Shown one piece after another: positions 46,064-56,061 of a stretch of 64,000 nt of DNA. How positions within the stretch are numbered: the first letter of the stretch is position 1; the number at the start of each line of letters is the position of its first letter. This stretch comes from Vicinamibacteria bacterium (lineage in GTDB: Bacteria; Acidobacteriota; Vicinamibacteria; Marinacidobacterales; Marinacidobacteraceae), in the NCBI GenBank assembly GCA_965199715.1, contig OZ241322.1:958638-1022637 (forward strand), in the 5' to 3' direction. The position numbers and the translations under genes were made by a program. Under the pieces are notes generated by a model. The model had not been told where the DNA came from. It did no database searches and was given only the letters and a program-made list of their open reading frames with translations.

Positions 46064-46560
46064 GACGTTCGGGGGGCGGCGCCGGCCGCGAGCTGGAAGG
46101 CTTCGATGAGGCGGTTCTGGCGCAGCAGGCCCAACCCGACCACGACGAAGGCGGCGAGCAGGAAGGCGAGCCCGAGCCAGGAGGCGCCCGAGTGTACCCA
46201 CGGCGCGAAGAAGCGCGTGTGGGCGCCGCCGCCGAGGATGAAGGGGATCATCGGGAGGAACATCCCGCCGAGCGCCCACCCGGCGACCGCGGCCTTGAGC
46301 TTGCGGCTGCGGGCGAGGATGTCCGCGCCCCGGGGGTCGTCCACGAGGACCGGCGGGCCGCTCTCGCCGGCGAGCGCCTTGCGGATGACGCTCGTCATCG
46401 CGACCAGGTAGAAATAGCTCATCACGTGGGCGAACACGACGAGCATCACCGCGACGAGCCCGACCACGATGTGGGCGGCGAGATTCGCCGGATCGCGCAG
46501 GCAGGCGAAGACGTAGAAGCCGACGCCGACGAGGTGGACGGTCAGCAGGCCGAGGACCAC
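46060..46560 (-). CDS. Membrane protein of unknown function (about 4-5 TM)
   Basis: GTG at 46560, 4 nt after the nitrilase stop. 166 aa, hydrophobic, high GC3. ATGA overlap with the creatininase gene. Confidence 0.5.
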   Translation of the reverse strand: MVLGLLTVHLVGVGFYVFACLRDPANLAAHIVVGLVAVMLVVFAHVMSYFYLVAMTSVIRKALAGESGPPVLVDDPRGADILARSRKLKAAVAGWALGGMFLPMIPFILGGGAHTRFFAPWVHSGASWLGLAFLLAAFVVVGLGLLRQNRLIEAFQLAAGAAPRTS

Positions 46561-46564
46561 CTGC

Positions 46565-47884
46565 TCAGGCGTCGGCGGGTTCTTCGGGGTCGAAGTCGGG
46601 AACGACGAGCTCGCTGCGGCGGCGCACGAGATCCATGAAGTCGTGGAGCAGCGAGACGACCTCGTCGTGGGAGAGGCCGTGCGAGCGGGCCAGTCCATCG
46701 AGGTCGTCCGAATCCAGCTCGGCCCGGTGGGCGGCGATCCCCTCCATCCCCATCTTCCCGGCGAGGGCCTCGAGGAGCGGCTCGGCGATCCCGGCGGGGA
46801 GCGCGCCGATGATCGCGCGGGGCGGACGGCGTCCGGGCGGGGCGCCGCCCGGTTCGACGATCGCCGGCTGCGGCTCGGCCGCCCCGGCGATGGGGCCCCG
46901 GCTCCCGCCGCGCAGCCGGAGCTGCACCACGTCCCACCGGCTGTAGTGGCCCATGCAGTCGAAGACGTTCTTCGCGGCGATGCGGTCGGCGAGGTCGAGG
47001 TCGGCGATGACGAGGCCCTGCCGCCCGAAGAGCGGCTCGACCGCGTAGGTGCCGAACGGGGTCGCGATCGCGCTGCCGCCGCAGGCCCACGCCCAATTCG
47101 TGGTCTTCTTCCACGGGAAGTCGTCGGGAACGTCGTCGGGGGACAGGTACGCCGAGGCCGAGACCACGAAGGTCTGGGTCTCGAAGGCGTACTCGCGCAC
47201 CGCCGCGTCCTGGTCGGAGCGGTGGAGCGGCGCGACCCGGCCGGTCATGTCGCGCACCGTGTTCCCCGGGCCGCCGTAGGACCAGTACCCGGGCCAGCAC
47301 GCCGCGTGGACCTCCTCGCCGAGCGAGGCCATGACCGCCTTGAGCATGGTCATGTGGTTCTCGAAGCAGATCAGGCCGCCCACCTTGCCGAAGGGCGCGT
47401 CGAACGTCCGCAGGTCGGAGGCGTCGCCCCGGCCCCAGAAGATGCGCTCCTGATGGGTGGGCATGAGCTTCCGGTGGCGGCCGAGGATTTCGCCGTCGGG
47501 GCCGAGGAAGAGCATCGTGTTGTAGAGCGTCCGGGAGCCCTCGCGGTCGTCCTGCTCGTTCAGCCCCACGACCACGGTCATCCGAGCGGCGCGGGCGGCC
47601 TTGCCGAGCTCCTCGGTTTCCGGGCCGGGGATGCGCACGGCGTTGTCGTAGAACTGGACGACCGCCTCCTTCCACTGCTGCGCCGACTCGGGGGTCGTGT
47701 AGCCGAAGTTGTTGCGCCAGTATGGATACGCCGGAATGCCCGTCTCGGGGGTGACCATGAACTCGACGCCCTGGCGCCCGGCCTCGACGATGGTCTCGGC
47801 GTACTTCTGGACGCTCGCCCGCTTGTCCATGAAGACGGGGGAGATCTGGGCGGCGCAGACGCGCAGGGACCGCTTCGGGGGCAT
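46565..47884 (-). CDS. Nitrilase / carbon-nitrogen hydrolase with an approximately 110-aa C-terminal extension
   Basis: 439-aa ORF. Catalytic triad contexts VTPETG (Glu), HRKLMP (Lys), GGLICFEN (Cys). The acidic helical tail beyond about aa 330 has no motif I recognise. Confidence 0.85.
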   Translation of the reverse strand: MPPKRSLRVCAAQISPVFMDKRASVQKYAETIVEAGRQGVEFMVTPETGIPAYPYWRNNFGYTTPESAQQWKEAVVQFYDNAVRIPGPETEELGKAARAARMTVVVGLNEQDDREGSRTLYNTMLFLGPDGEILGRHRKLMPTHQERIFWGRGDASDLRTFDAPFGKVGGLICFENHMTMLKAVMASLGEEVHAACWPGYWSYGGPGNTVRDMTGRVAPLHRSDQDAAVREYAFETQTFVVSASAYLSPDDVPDDFPWKKTTNWAWACGGSAIATPFGTYAVEPLFGRQGLVIADLDLADRIAAKNVFDCMGHYSRWDVVQLRLRGGSRGPIAGAAEPQPAIVEPGGAPPGRRPPRAIIGALPAGIAEPLLEALAGKMGMEGIAAHRAELDSDDLDGLARSHGLSHDEVVSLLHDFMDLVRRRSELVVPDFDPEEPADA

Positions 47885-47888
47885 CGGG

Positions 47889-50813
47889 TCAGGCGGGGTG
47901 GGGCTCGCGCCGATGGTGTTCGTGGTCGTGGTGCTCGTGCGTCCCGTGTTCGCCCGAGCGCCAACTGTCCGGGCAACTGCACACGAGGTTCCGGTCGCCC
48001 CGGGCGTTGTCCACCCGCGCCACCGGCGGCCAGTACTTGTGGGTCTCGGTCCACGGCGCCGGGAACGCGCCCTCGGAGCGCGAGTAGGGCCGGTCCCACG
48101 TGTCGGCCACCACCGCCAGCGCGGAGTGCGGCGCCATCCGCAGCGGGTTCACCGCGCGGTCCATGCGGCCTTCCTCGATCTCCCGGATCTCGGCGCGGAT
48201 CATGATGAGAGCGTCGCACAGGCGGTCCATCTCCTCGCGCGCCTCGCTCTCGGTGGGCTCGATCATGAGCGTGCCCGCGACGGGGAACGACATCGTGGGG
48301 GCGTGGAAGCCGTAGTCCATGAGCCGCTTGGCGATGTCGTTCACTTCCACGCCGGCCGATTTTCGGAACGGGCGGCAGTCGATGATGAACTCGTGCGCCA
48401 CCCGGCCGCGCTCGCCGACGTACAGGAGCGGGTAGTGCTCGCCCAGGCGCCTCGCCATGTAATTCGCCGAGAGGATGGCGACCTCGCTGGCCTCCTTGAG
48501 GCCAGAGGAGCCCATCATCCGGACGTAGGACCACGAGATCGGCAGGATCGCCGGGCTGCCGTAAGGCGCCGCGGCGATGGCCCCGATGCGGTCCTCGTCG
48601 CCGCCCCACGCGGCCGGGCCCTGCGGGTGGCCGGGGAGGAACGGGGCCAGCTCCCTCGTGGTCGCGACCGGACCCATGCCGGGACCGCCGCCGCCGTGCG
48701 GGATGCAGAACGTCTTGTGCAGATTGATGTGGCAGACGTCGGCGCCCGCCGCCGCCGGGCTCGTGAGCCCGACCTGGGCGTTCAGGTTGGCGCCGTCCAT
48801 GTACACGAGGCCGCCCGCGTCGTGGACCATGCGGCAGACCCGGGCCACGCCCTCCTCGAACACGCCGTGCGTCGAGGGGTAGGTGATCATGAGCGCCGCG
48901 ACCCGCCCGTCGTGGTCGGCGATCCGCGCGGCGAGATCCTCCTCGTCCACGTCGCCGGCGGCGGTCGTCCGCACCGGCGCCACCCGGAGCCCGGCCATGC
49001 TCGCGCTGGCCGGATTCGTGCCGTGCGCCGAGACCGGGATCAAGCAGACGTTCCGGTCGGCGTCGCCCCGGCTCTCGTGCCAGCGGCGGATCATCAGGAG
49101 GCCGGCGAACTCGCCCTGCGAGCCGGCGTTCGGCTGGAGGCTGACCGCGTGGAATCCGGTGATGGCGGCGAGCCACGCCTCGAGATCCTCGAAGATCCGG
49201 GCGTACCCCGCCTGCTGGTCCTCGGGGGCGAACGGGTGCATTCCGGCGAACTCGGGCCAGGTCATCGGGATCATCTCGGCGGTCGCGTTCAGCTTCATGG
49301 TGCACGAGCCGAGCGGGATCATCGAGGTCGTGAGCGACAGGTCGCGCTCCTTCAGCCGGTGCAGGCACCGCAGCATCTCGTGCTCGGACCGGTTCGCGTG
49401 GAAGACGTGGTGGTCGAGGAACACGCTGGACCGGACGACGCGCGAAGGCAGCGGCTCCGGTTCGCCGTCGCAGTCGCGGGCGGCGAACGGCGGGGTCTCG
49501 CCGGCGAACGCGGCGAGGACGTCGTCCACGTCGCCGAGGCCCACGGTCTCGTCGAGCGCGACCCGGACCCCGCCGGAGTCGGAGCCGAGGTTGATCCCCC
49601 GCGCGCGCGCCGACGCGAGGACGCGATCCCGGTCCGCCGCCTCCATCGCCACGTGCAGCGTGTCGAAGATCGGTCCGTCTCCCGAGTCGAAGCCGAGGCG
49701 CCGGAGTCCACGGCGGAGCGTCCAGGCCATGCGGCGGCAGTGGCGGGCGATCCGGACCAGCCCCTCGGGGCCGTGCCACGCCGCGTAGGTCGCGGCGACG
49801 AGCGCGGGGAGCACCTGCGCGGTGCAGATGTTGCTCGTGGCCTTGTCCCGCCGGATGTGCTGCTCGCGGGTCTGGAGCGCGAGGCGGAAGGCCACGCGCC
49901 CGTCGGCGTCGCGCGAGACCCCGACCACCCGGCCCGGCGTGCGCCGGGCGAATCGGTCGCGGGTGGCGAGGAAGCCCGCGTGGGGGCCCCCGCCGCCCAT
50001 GGGCATGCCGAAGCGCTGGGTGGAGCCGACTGCGACGTCGGCCCCGAACTCGCCCGGCGGCGTGAGCAGCGTGAGCGCGAGGAGGTCGGTCGCGACGACG
50101 AGGATCCCGCCGGCGGCGCGCACCCGCTCGGCGAGGCCGACCATCGGGCGGACGCCGCCTCTCGTGTCCGGGTACTGGACAAGGACTCCGGCGAGATCCC
50201 GCTTGAAGCGATCGTTCGCCGCCAGATCCCTGACCTCGATCCGAACGCCGGCGGCGTCGGCGCGGGTCCGGACCACCGCGAGCGTCTGCGGATGGACGTT
50301 CTCGTCCACGACGAACAGGTCGCGTCCCCGCCCCGAGCGGAAGCACATGCCCATCGCCTCGGCGGCGGCGGTGGCCTCGTCGAGGAGCGACGCGCCGGCC
50401 ACCGGCAACTCGGTGAGGTCCGAGACCATCGTCTGGAAGTTGAGGAGAACTTCGAGCCGCCCCTGGGAGATCTCCGACTGGTAGGGCGTGTACTGGGTGT
50501 ACCACCCCGGATCCTCGAGTATGTTGCGCTGCAGGACCGGCGGCGTGACCGTCCCGTGGTAGCCGCGGCCGATGTAGCTGCGCAGCACTCGGTTGCGGCC
50601 GGCGATCCCGCGCAGCTCCTCGAGAAGCCCGGCTTCGGAGAGCGGGGCCGGAAGCTCGGGCTGCCGGTCGAGGCGGATCGCCTCGGGAATCGTCTCCGCG
50701 ATGAGCTCGTCCCGGCTCGAGAGCCCCAGATCGTGAAGCATCTCGAGCTGCTGGGTCGGGCTCGGCCCGACGTGACGGCGGACGAATGGCGCGGCGGCGT
50801 GGGTCAACGTCAA
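47889..50813 (-). CDS. gcvP: Glycine dehydrogenase (decarboxylating), single-chain P-protein
   Basis: 974-aa ORF (TTG start). N-terminal FVRRHVGPSPTQQLEML and many conserved GcvP blocks (e.g. NLHKTFCIPHGGGGPG with the PLP lysine). Confidence 0.95.
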   Translation of the reverse strand: MTLTHAAAPFVRRHVGPSPTQQLEMLHDLGLSSRDELIAETIPEAIRLDRQPELPAPLSEAGLLEELRGIAGRNRVLRSYIGRGYHGTVTPPVLQRNILEDPGWYTQYTPYQSEISQGRLEVLLNFQTMVSDLTELPVAGASLLDEATAAAEAMGMCFRSGRGRDLFVVDENVHPQTLAVVRTRADAAGVRIEVRDLAANDRFKRDLAGVLVQYPDTRGGVRPMVGLAERVRAAGGILVVATDLLALTLLTPPGEFGADVAVGSTQRFGMPMGGGGPHAGFLATRDRFARRTPGRVVGVSRDADGRVAFRLALQTREQHIRRDKATSNICTAQVLPALVAATYAAWHGPEGLVRIARHCRRMAWTLRRGLRRLGFDSGDGPIFDTLHVAMEAADRDRVLASARARGINLGSDSGGVRVALDETVGLGDVDDVLAAFAGETPPFAARDCDGEPEPLPSRVVRSSVFLDHHVFHANRSEHEMLRCLHRLKERDLSLTTSMIPLGSCTMKLNATAEMIPMTWPEFAGMHPFAPEDQQAGYARIFEDLEAWLAAITGFHAVSLQPNAGSQGEFAGLLMIRRWHESRGDADRNVCLIPVSAHGTNPASASMAGLRVAPVRTTAAGDVDEEDLAARIADHDGRVAALMITYPSTHGVFEEGVARVCRMVHDAGGLVYMDGANLNAQVGLTSPAAAGADVCHINLHKTFCIPHGGGGPGMGPVATTRELAPFLPGHPQGPAAWGGDEDRIGAIAAAPYGSPAILPISWSYVRMMGSSGLKEASEVAILSANYMARRLGEHYPLLYVGERGRVAHEFIIDCRPFRKSAGVEVNDIAKRLMDYGFHAPTMSFPVAGTLMIEPTESEAREEMDRLCDALIMIRAEIREIEEGRMDRAVNPLRMAPHSALAVVADTWDRPYSRSEGAFPAPWTETHKYWPPVARVDNARGDRNLVCSCPDSWRSGEHGTHEHHDHEHHRREPHPA

Positions 50814-50864
50814 CGAACTGGAGTCAGGCGGCGGTTCCCGGAAGACCCAACCCCGAACCGGCGA

Positions 50865-50870
50865 ATTCTA
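50865..50870 (-). promoter_or_regulatory. Candidate internal -10 box TAGAAT between gcvH and gcvP
   Basis: Minus strand reads GCTAGAATTC, 51 nt upstream of the gcvP start. Same heptamer context as at 2332, 40587 and 52869. Confidence 0.25.
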
Positions 50871-50880
50871 GCAGTGCGGC

Positions 50881-50898
50881 CGGCCCCGAAACGGGCCG
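50881..50898 (-). other. GC hairpin (6-bp stem cggccc/gggccg, 6-nt loop) immediately after the gcvH stop; no U-tract
   Basis: Read directly. May act as an attenuator or processing/stability element rather than a canonical terminator. Confidence 0.25.
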
Positions 50899-51291
50899 TC
50901 AATCGCCGGCCGATTCGGTGAGCGCCGCGTATTCGGCGGGTCCGAGCAGCCGCTTCCGCTCCGCTTCGGGGTCGCTCAGGCGCACCCGGACCATCCAGCC
51001 GGCGCCGTAGGGCTCCTCGTTCACCCGTTCGGGGGCGGACTCGAGGTCGGCGTTCGTCTCGACCACCGCGCCCGAGACCGGAGAGTAGAGCTCGGAGACG
51101 GCCTTGACCGATTCGACGCCGCCGATGACGTCCCCCGCCGCGCACTCGTCCCCCTCGCCCGGAAGCTCGACGAACACGATGTCCCCCAGCTCCTGCTGGG
51201 CGTGGTCGGTGACGCCGACGCAGGCGACGCCGTCGTCCTCGAAGCGCACCCACTCGTGCTCCTCGCTGTAGAACAGGTCTTCGGGAATCAT
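50899..51291 (-). CDS. gcvH: Glycine cleavage system H protein
   Basis: 130-aa ORF. Lipoyl-lysine motif VESVKAVSELYSP. Confidence 0.95.
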   Translation of the reverse strand: MIPEDLFYSEEHEWVRFEDDGVACVGVTDHAQQELGDIVFVELPGEGDECAAGDVIGGVESVKAVSELYSPVSGAVVETNADLESAPERVNEEPYGAGWMVRVRLSDPEAERKRLLGPAEYAALTESAGD

Positions 51292-52445
51292 GAGGACTCG
51301 GGCGGCTGGGGCCGCGGCTTGCCGGGCGCGCGCTTGCGCTTGCCCGGACGAACGTAGAAGGGAGTCGGGACGACCTCGGCGGCGACCGGACGCCCGCGGA
51401 TCACGACCTCGAACGCCTGCCCCGGCTGGTCCCGCCCGGCGGGAAGGTAGGCGAGGCCGATGCTCTTCTTGAGGAAGGGAGCGTAGCCGCCGCTCGTCAC
51501 CTCGCCGAAGGGGGCGCCCTCGATCCGGATCGGGTAGCCGTGGCGCGGGATTCCGCGCTCGCGCATCTCGAAGCCCACGAGCCGCCGGGAGACGCCCTCC
51601 TCGCGCTGGCGGACGAGCGCGTCGCGACCGACGAAGTCCCCCTTGTCGGGCTTCACGATCCAGCCGAGGTCCGCCTCCAGCACCGTCGTCCCGGCGTCGA
51701 GGTCCTGTCCATGAAGCGCCATCTTCGCCTCGAGGCGGAGGCTGTCGCGCGCGCCGAGGCCGGTGGGAATCAACCCGTCATCCTTGCCCGCCTCGAGGAG
51801 GCGGCGGGCGACGGCCTCGCCCCGGGCCGCCGGAACGAGGATCTCGAAGCCGTCCTCGCCGGTGTACCCCATGCGGGCGACGGTGGCCGCCTCGCCGGCC
51901 ACCTCGCCGTCGGCGAAGCGGTAGTACCGGATGCGGCCGAGATCCAGATCGGTGAGCCGGGCGAGGATTTCGGGAGCGCGCGGCCCCTGGAGCGCCAGCA
52001 GGGCGAACTCGTCGCTGCGGTCGCGCACGAGGCTCCGCGCCGACGAGCCGCCCCGGTCGAGGATCCAGTCGAGATCCGTCTGGGTGTTCGCGGCGTTCGC
52101 GATGACGAGGAACGACTCCTCGCCCCGGCGGTACACCACGAGGTCGTCAACGAACCCGCCCGCGTCGTTCGTGAGCGCCGTGTAGTGGGCGCGGCCCGGC
52201 CGGAGCCGGCCGACGTGGTTCGGGGTCAGGCCCTCGAGAAGCGCCAGCGCGCCGGGCCCCTCGACCTCGATCTGGCCCATGTGGCTCACGTCGAAGAGCC
52301 CGCAGGCGGTGCGCACGGCGAGGTGCTCCGCCACCACGCCGGAGAACTGGACCGGCGTCTCCCAGCCGGCGAAGGGCGCGAGGCGGGCGCCGAGCTCCCG
52401 ATGGAGCGCGTCGAGCGGGGTCTTGAGGGGAGTCTTCCGGAGCAA
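51288..52445 (-). CDS. gcvT: Aminomethyltransferase (glycine cleavage T protein)
   Basis: 385-aa ORF. GLFDVSHMGQ and GYTGEDGFE blocks. ATGA overlap with gcvH. Confidence 0.95.
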   Translation of the reverse strand: MLRKTPLKTPLDALHRELGARLAPFAGWETPVQFSGVVAEHLAVRTACGLFDVSHMGQIEVEGPGALALLEGLTPNHVGRLRPGRAHYTALTNDAGGFVDDLVVYRRGEESFLVIANAANTQTDLDWILDRGGSSARSLVRDRSDEFALLALQGPRAPEILARLTDLDLGRIRYYRFADGEVAGEAATVARMGYTGEDGFEILVPAARGEAVARRLLEAGKDDGLIPTGLGARDSLRLEAKMALHGQDLDAGTTVLEADLGWIVKPDKGDFVGRDALVRQREEGVSRRLVGFEMRERGIPRHGYPIRIEGAPFGEVTSGGYAPFLKKSIGLAYLPAGRDQPGQAFEVVIRGRPVAAEVVPTPFYVRPGKRKRAPGKPRPQPPESS

Positions 52446-52499
52446 CGGCAGGCGACGAGCCGGCCCCGGGACGAAGCCCCGAGGCCGGGAGAAAGGCGA

Positions 52500-52835
52500 C
52501 TATTCCCTGGCCGCGATCGAGGTGACCTTGATCGTGTTGGTCGCCTCGTCGAGCGTGCCCATCACCTTGACCTCGGAGGCGGCGTACTCGAGCGCCGTCT
52601 CGCCGTCGATGTCGAGCAGGTGGAAGCCGCCGTCCATGACGAGGGTCGCGTTGGCGCCGTTGTTGAAGCAGCCGGTGGCGCAGCCCTTGTGGTCGGCGGA
52701 CATGGCCTTGGCGGCGTCCTTGGCGCAGTGCTCGTCGGCGACCCAGCCGGTGAACGTCACGTCCTCGGCGGCGGCGGCGCCGACGAAGGCGAACGCGATG
52801 AGCGCGATGGCGATGAGCGCGAGTGCTTTCTTCAT
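52500..52835 (-). CDS. Small secreted Cys-containing protein of unknown function
   Basis: 111-aa ORF. Signal peptide MKKALALIAIALIAFAFVGAAAA. GGAGGAAA RBS upstream. Three Cys (HCAKD, GCATGC). Confidence 0.6.
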   Translation of the reverse strand: MKKALALIAIALIAFAFVGAAAAEDVTFTGWVADEHCAKDAAKAMSADHKGCATGCFNNGANATLVMDGGFHLLDIDGETALEYAASEVKVMGTLDEATNTIKVTSIAARE

Positions 52836-52868
52836 GGCATTTCCTCCAGCGGAAAAGGGGAAGACGGG

Positions 52869-52874
52869 GATTCT
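52869..52874 (-). promoter_or_regulatory. Candidate -10 box TAGAAT upstream of 52500..52835
   Basis: Minus strand reads CTTAGAATCC, 33 nt upstream of the ATG at 52835. Confidence 0.25.
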
Positions 52875-52882
52875 AAGGCGAG

Positions 52883-55800
52883 TCAGGCGCTGCGATCCAT
52901 CAGCCGATAGACGGCCGGGATCACGAGCAGCGTCAGGAGCGTGGAGAGGAGCAGTCCGCCGATCACGGCGACGGCCATCGGCGAGCGGAGCTCGCTTCCT
53001 TCTCCGAGTCCGAGCGCCATGGGAAAGAGGCCCAACACCGTCGTGGCGGTGGTCATCAGGATCGGGCGGAGCCGGATGCGACCCGCCTGGCGGAGCGCGT
53101 CCACCTTGGGCACGCCGCTGCGGCGGAGGCGGTTCGTGGCGTCGAGCAGGAGGATCGCGTTGTTCACCACGATCCCCGCCAGCATGATGACCCCGATCAG
53201 CACCACCACGCTCACGGTGACGTCGAGCAGCCAGAGCGCGAGCACGACCCCGACGAGCGAGAACGGGACCGAGAAGAGGATGACGAAGGGGTGGAGCAGC
53301 GACTCGAACTGCGAGGCCATCACCAGATAGACCATGAAGATTGCGAGCAGGATCGCGAAGCGCATGCTGTCGAAGGAGGTCTCCATCTCCTCCTGCTGGC
53401 CGCCGAGGTTCCAGTCGAACCCGGCCGGCAGCGGGATCGTCATCATGGCCGCCTCGATGTCCGCCCCCACCGACGCCATGTCGCGCCCGACGACGTTCGC
53501 GGTGATGGTGGCGACCCGCTCGCCGTCGGCGCGGCGGATCTCGGCCGGGCCGTCCACCTCCTCGACTTCGGCGACCGCCGAAAGCGGCACCGCCTGCGCC
53601 GCGCCCTCGGCGACGTTCAGGTTGCCGAGGTCGGCCACGCTGTCGCGGAAGGACTCGCCGGCCCGCAGCCGGATGTCGATGGCCCGGTCCTCACGCTGGA
53701 TCTCGGTGGCCACGTCGCCGAGCACCTTGGAGCGGATGAGATTCCCGAGCTGCCCCACGTTCAGGCCAAGCGTCGCGATCCGGTCGCGGTCGAACCGGAT
53801 CTGGAGCTCCGGATTCCCGCCCTCGGTGGAGGACTCGATGTCGGTGAGGCCCGGAATCTCCTCCAGCAACGCCACCGCGTCCGAAGCGATTCCGTCCAGC
53901 AGGGTCAGGTTGAACCCCCGGATCTCCAGCTCCACCGGAGTGCGGAAGCTGAAGTAGGACGGCCGGCCGAATATGTACTGACGATCCTCCTCGGCGTCGA
54001 GCACCGGGCGCAGGGTCTCCATCGCCCGGTCCTCGCGCTCTCTGTCCACAGGTGGATCGAGCACGACCAGCAACTGGCCGATGTTCTCACGCAGCTCCCC
54101 GGCGATGCCTCCCTGCTGCCCGCTCGCCCCGATCGAGGCATAGACCGTCCGGGCTCCGGGGAGCGCGGCGGCGGCGGCTTCAAGGCGCTGCATCCGGCGG
54201 GAGTTGAGGTCGAGGTGGGAACCCGGAGGGAGTTCGGTGTCCACGAAGAACTCGCCCTGAACGAGCTCCGGCACGAGCTCGGCCCCGAGCGACGGATAGA
54301 GCAGGATCGCCCCGGCGAAGAAAGAGACGGCGACCGCGCTGACCCGGAGCGGGTGGCGCAGTGCGGAGTCGAGGACCGGCGGATACGCCCGGACGACGGC
54401 GTTGTAGCCGATGCGGAAGATGCGGCTCGGAAGCCAGAGCACGGCTTGGACGAGCATCTGCGCGCCGGTGACGACCGCGCCGAGCACGATCCAGATCCCG
54501 CCCGCCACGAGTCCGGCGACCCGGCTGATCCAGCGCCCCAGTCCGGTCCGAACCGGCTCGCGCTCGGTCTCGGAGCGCCGCTTCAGGTCGCGGGAGGCAA
54601 GCATCGGGATCAGGGTCAGCGCCACGAGCAGCGACGTCACGAGCGAGAACGTGACGGTCAGGGCCTGATCTCCGAAGAGCTGGCCGGCGACGCCCTCGAT
54701 GAAAACGATCGGCAGGAAGACCGAAACCGTGGTCATCGTGCTCGCGATGACCGCCTGCCCCACCTCGGCGGCGCCGGCGCGGGCCGCCGCCACGAGTTCC
54801 AGTCCCTCCTGCCGCTTCCGCTTGATGGCCTCCAGCACCACGATGGAGTTGTCCACGAGGAGGCCGATGCCGAGCGTGATGCCGCCGAGCGACATGATGT
54901 TCAGCGAGACGCCGAACAGGTACATCAGGAAGAACGTCCCCACGACGGAGATCGGGATGGACACGCCGATGATGAGCGTCGAGCGCAGTTCGCCGAGGAA
55001 GAGGATCAGCACGAGGACGGCGAGGACGCCGCCGTACATGGCGGTGGTGAGCACTTCCGAGACGGACTGGCGGATGTAGCGCGACTGGTCGGTGATGAGG
55101 ATCAGCGAGAGCCCGTCGCCGACCTGCGTCATCCGCTCCGTGAGCTCCTCCACCCGGCGGTGCACCTCGTCGGCGACAGTGACCGTGTTGGCGCCGCCTT
55201 CCTTGTAGATGGCGATCTCGACCGCCTCCTCGCCGTCGATACGGGTGATGACCTCGCGTTCGCGGGTTCCCCGGCGGATCGTGGCCACGTCCTCAAGGCG
55301 GATCGAGGTTCGCTCGGCGTCCACGACGACGTCCCGCATGTCCTCGGGGCGCTCGAACTCGTTGATCGTGCGCACGAGGTACTCGGTGCCGCCGTCCAGC
55401 AGTTGCCCCGCGGCGAGGTTCACGTTCTCCTGCGCGAGCCGGTTCACGACCGCCGAGGTCGAGAGTCCAAGACCGGCGATCCGACGCTCGTCCAGCTCGA
55501 CGTGGATCTCTTCCTCAAGCCCGCCGCTGACGAGCGCGGCGGCCACGCCGTCGGCGCGTTCGAGGCTGCGCTGGATCTCCTGCTCGGCGATCAGCCGCAG
55601 CCGCACCAGGTCCTCGTCGCCGGTGAGTCCGTAGCGGAGGATCGGGTCCAGCGACGGGTCGTAGCGCAGCAGCACCGGACGGGGCGCGTCCAGCGGAAGC
55701 TGCACGATGTCGAGGCGCTCCCGCACGTCAAGGGCGGCGATGTCCATGTCCGTGCCCCAGCCGAACTCGAGGGTGACCTCGCTCCGGTCGGGACGGGAGG

Positions 55801-56047
55801 ACGACACGACCCGCACCACGTTGTTCACCACGCCGACGGCGTTCTCGATCGGCTTGGTGATGAGGTTTTCGATCTCACTCGGGGCGGCGCCCTCGTAGTC
55901 GGTGCGGACGCTCAGCGACGGATAGGTGATGTCCGGCAGCAGATCCACCGCAAGGCGACCGAACCCGACCCAGCCGAACACCACGATGGCGATGAACATC
56001 ACCAGCACGGTCACCGGCCGGCGGATCGAGAAGTTGACGATGCGCAC
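52883..56047 (-). CDS. RND-family efflux transporter (AcrB/HAE-type inner-membrane pump), copy 2
   Basis: 1054-aa ORF (GTG start). N-terminus MRIVNFSIRRPVTVLVMF and 12-TM/two-loop RND architecture. Confidence 0.92.
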   Translation of the reverse strand: MRIVNFSIRRPVTVLVMFIAIVVFGWVGFGRLAVDLLPDITYPSLSVRTDYEGAAPSEIENLITKPIENAVGVVNNVVRVVSSSRPDRSEVTLEFGWGTDMDIAALDVRERLDIVQLPLDAPRPVLLRYDPSLDPILRYGLTGDEDLVRLRLIAEQEIQRSLERADGVAAALVSGGLEEEIHVELDERRIAGLGLSTSAVVNRLAQENVNLAAGQLLDGGTEYLVRTINEFERPEDMRDVVVDAERTSIRLEDVATIRRGTREREVITRIDGEEAVEIAIYKEGGANTVTVADEVHRRVEELTERMTQVGDGLSLILITDQSRYIRQSVSEVLTTAMYGGVLAVLVLILFLGELRSTLIIGVSIPISVVGTFFLMYLFGVSLNIMSLGGITLGIGLLVDNSIVVLEAIKRKRQEGLELVAAARAGAAEVGQAVIASTMTTVSVFLPIVFIEGVAGQLFGDQALTVTFSLVTSLLVALTLIPMLASRDLKRRSETEREPVRTGLGRWISRVAGLVAGGIWIVLGAVVTGAQMLVQAVLWLPSRIFRIGYNAVVRAYPPVLDSALRHPLRVSAVAVSFFAGAILLYPSLGAELVPELVQGEFFVDTELPPGSHLDLNSRRMQRLEAAAAALPGARTVYASIGASGQQGGIAGELRENIGQLLVVLDPPVDREREDRAMETLRPVLDAEEDRQYIFGRPSYFSFRTPVELEIRGFNLTLLDGIASDAVALLEEIPGLTDIESSTEGGNPELQIRFDRDRIATLGLNVGQLGNLIRSKVLGDVATEIQREDRAIDIRLRAGESFRDSVADLGNLNVAEGAAQAVPLSAVAEVEEVDGPAEIRRADGERVATITANVVGRDMASVGADIEAAMMTIPLPAGFDWNLGGQQEEMETSFDSMRFAILLAIFMVYLVMASQFESLLHPFVILFSVPFSLVGVVLALWLLDVTVSVVVLIGVIMLAGIVVNNAILLLDATNRLRRSGVPKVDALRQAGRIRLRPILMTTATTVLGLFPMALGLGEGSELRSPMAVAVIGGLLLSTLLTLLVIPAVYRLMDRSA

Positions 56048-56061
56048 GGGGAGTTACGCGG

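Noticed and set aside
52446-52499. Glycine riboswitch expected upstream of gcvT.
   Set aside because: Only 54 nt separate gcvT from the upstream gene. The spacer contains just one imperfect GC hairpin (about 52460-52488) and none of the tandem-aptamer features. It is too short for a glycine riboswitch.
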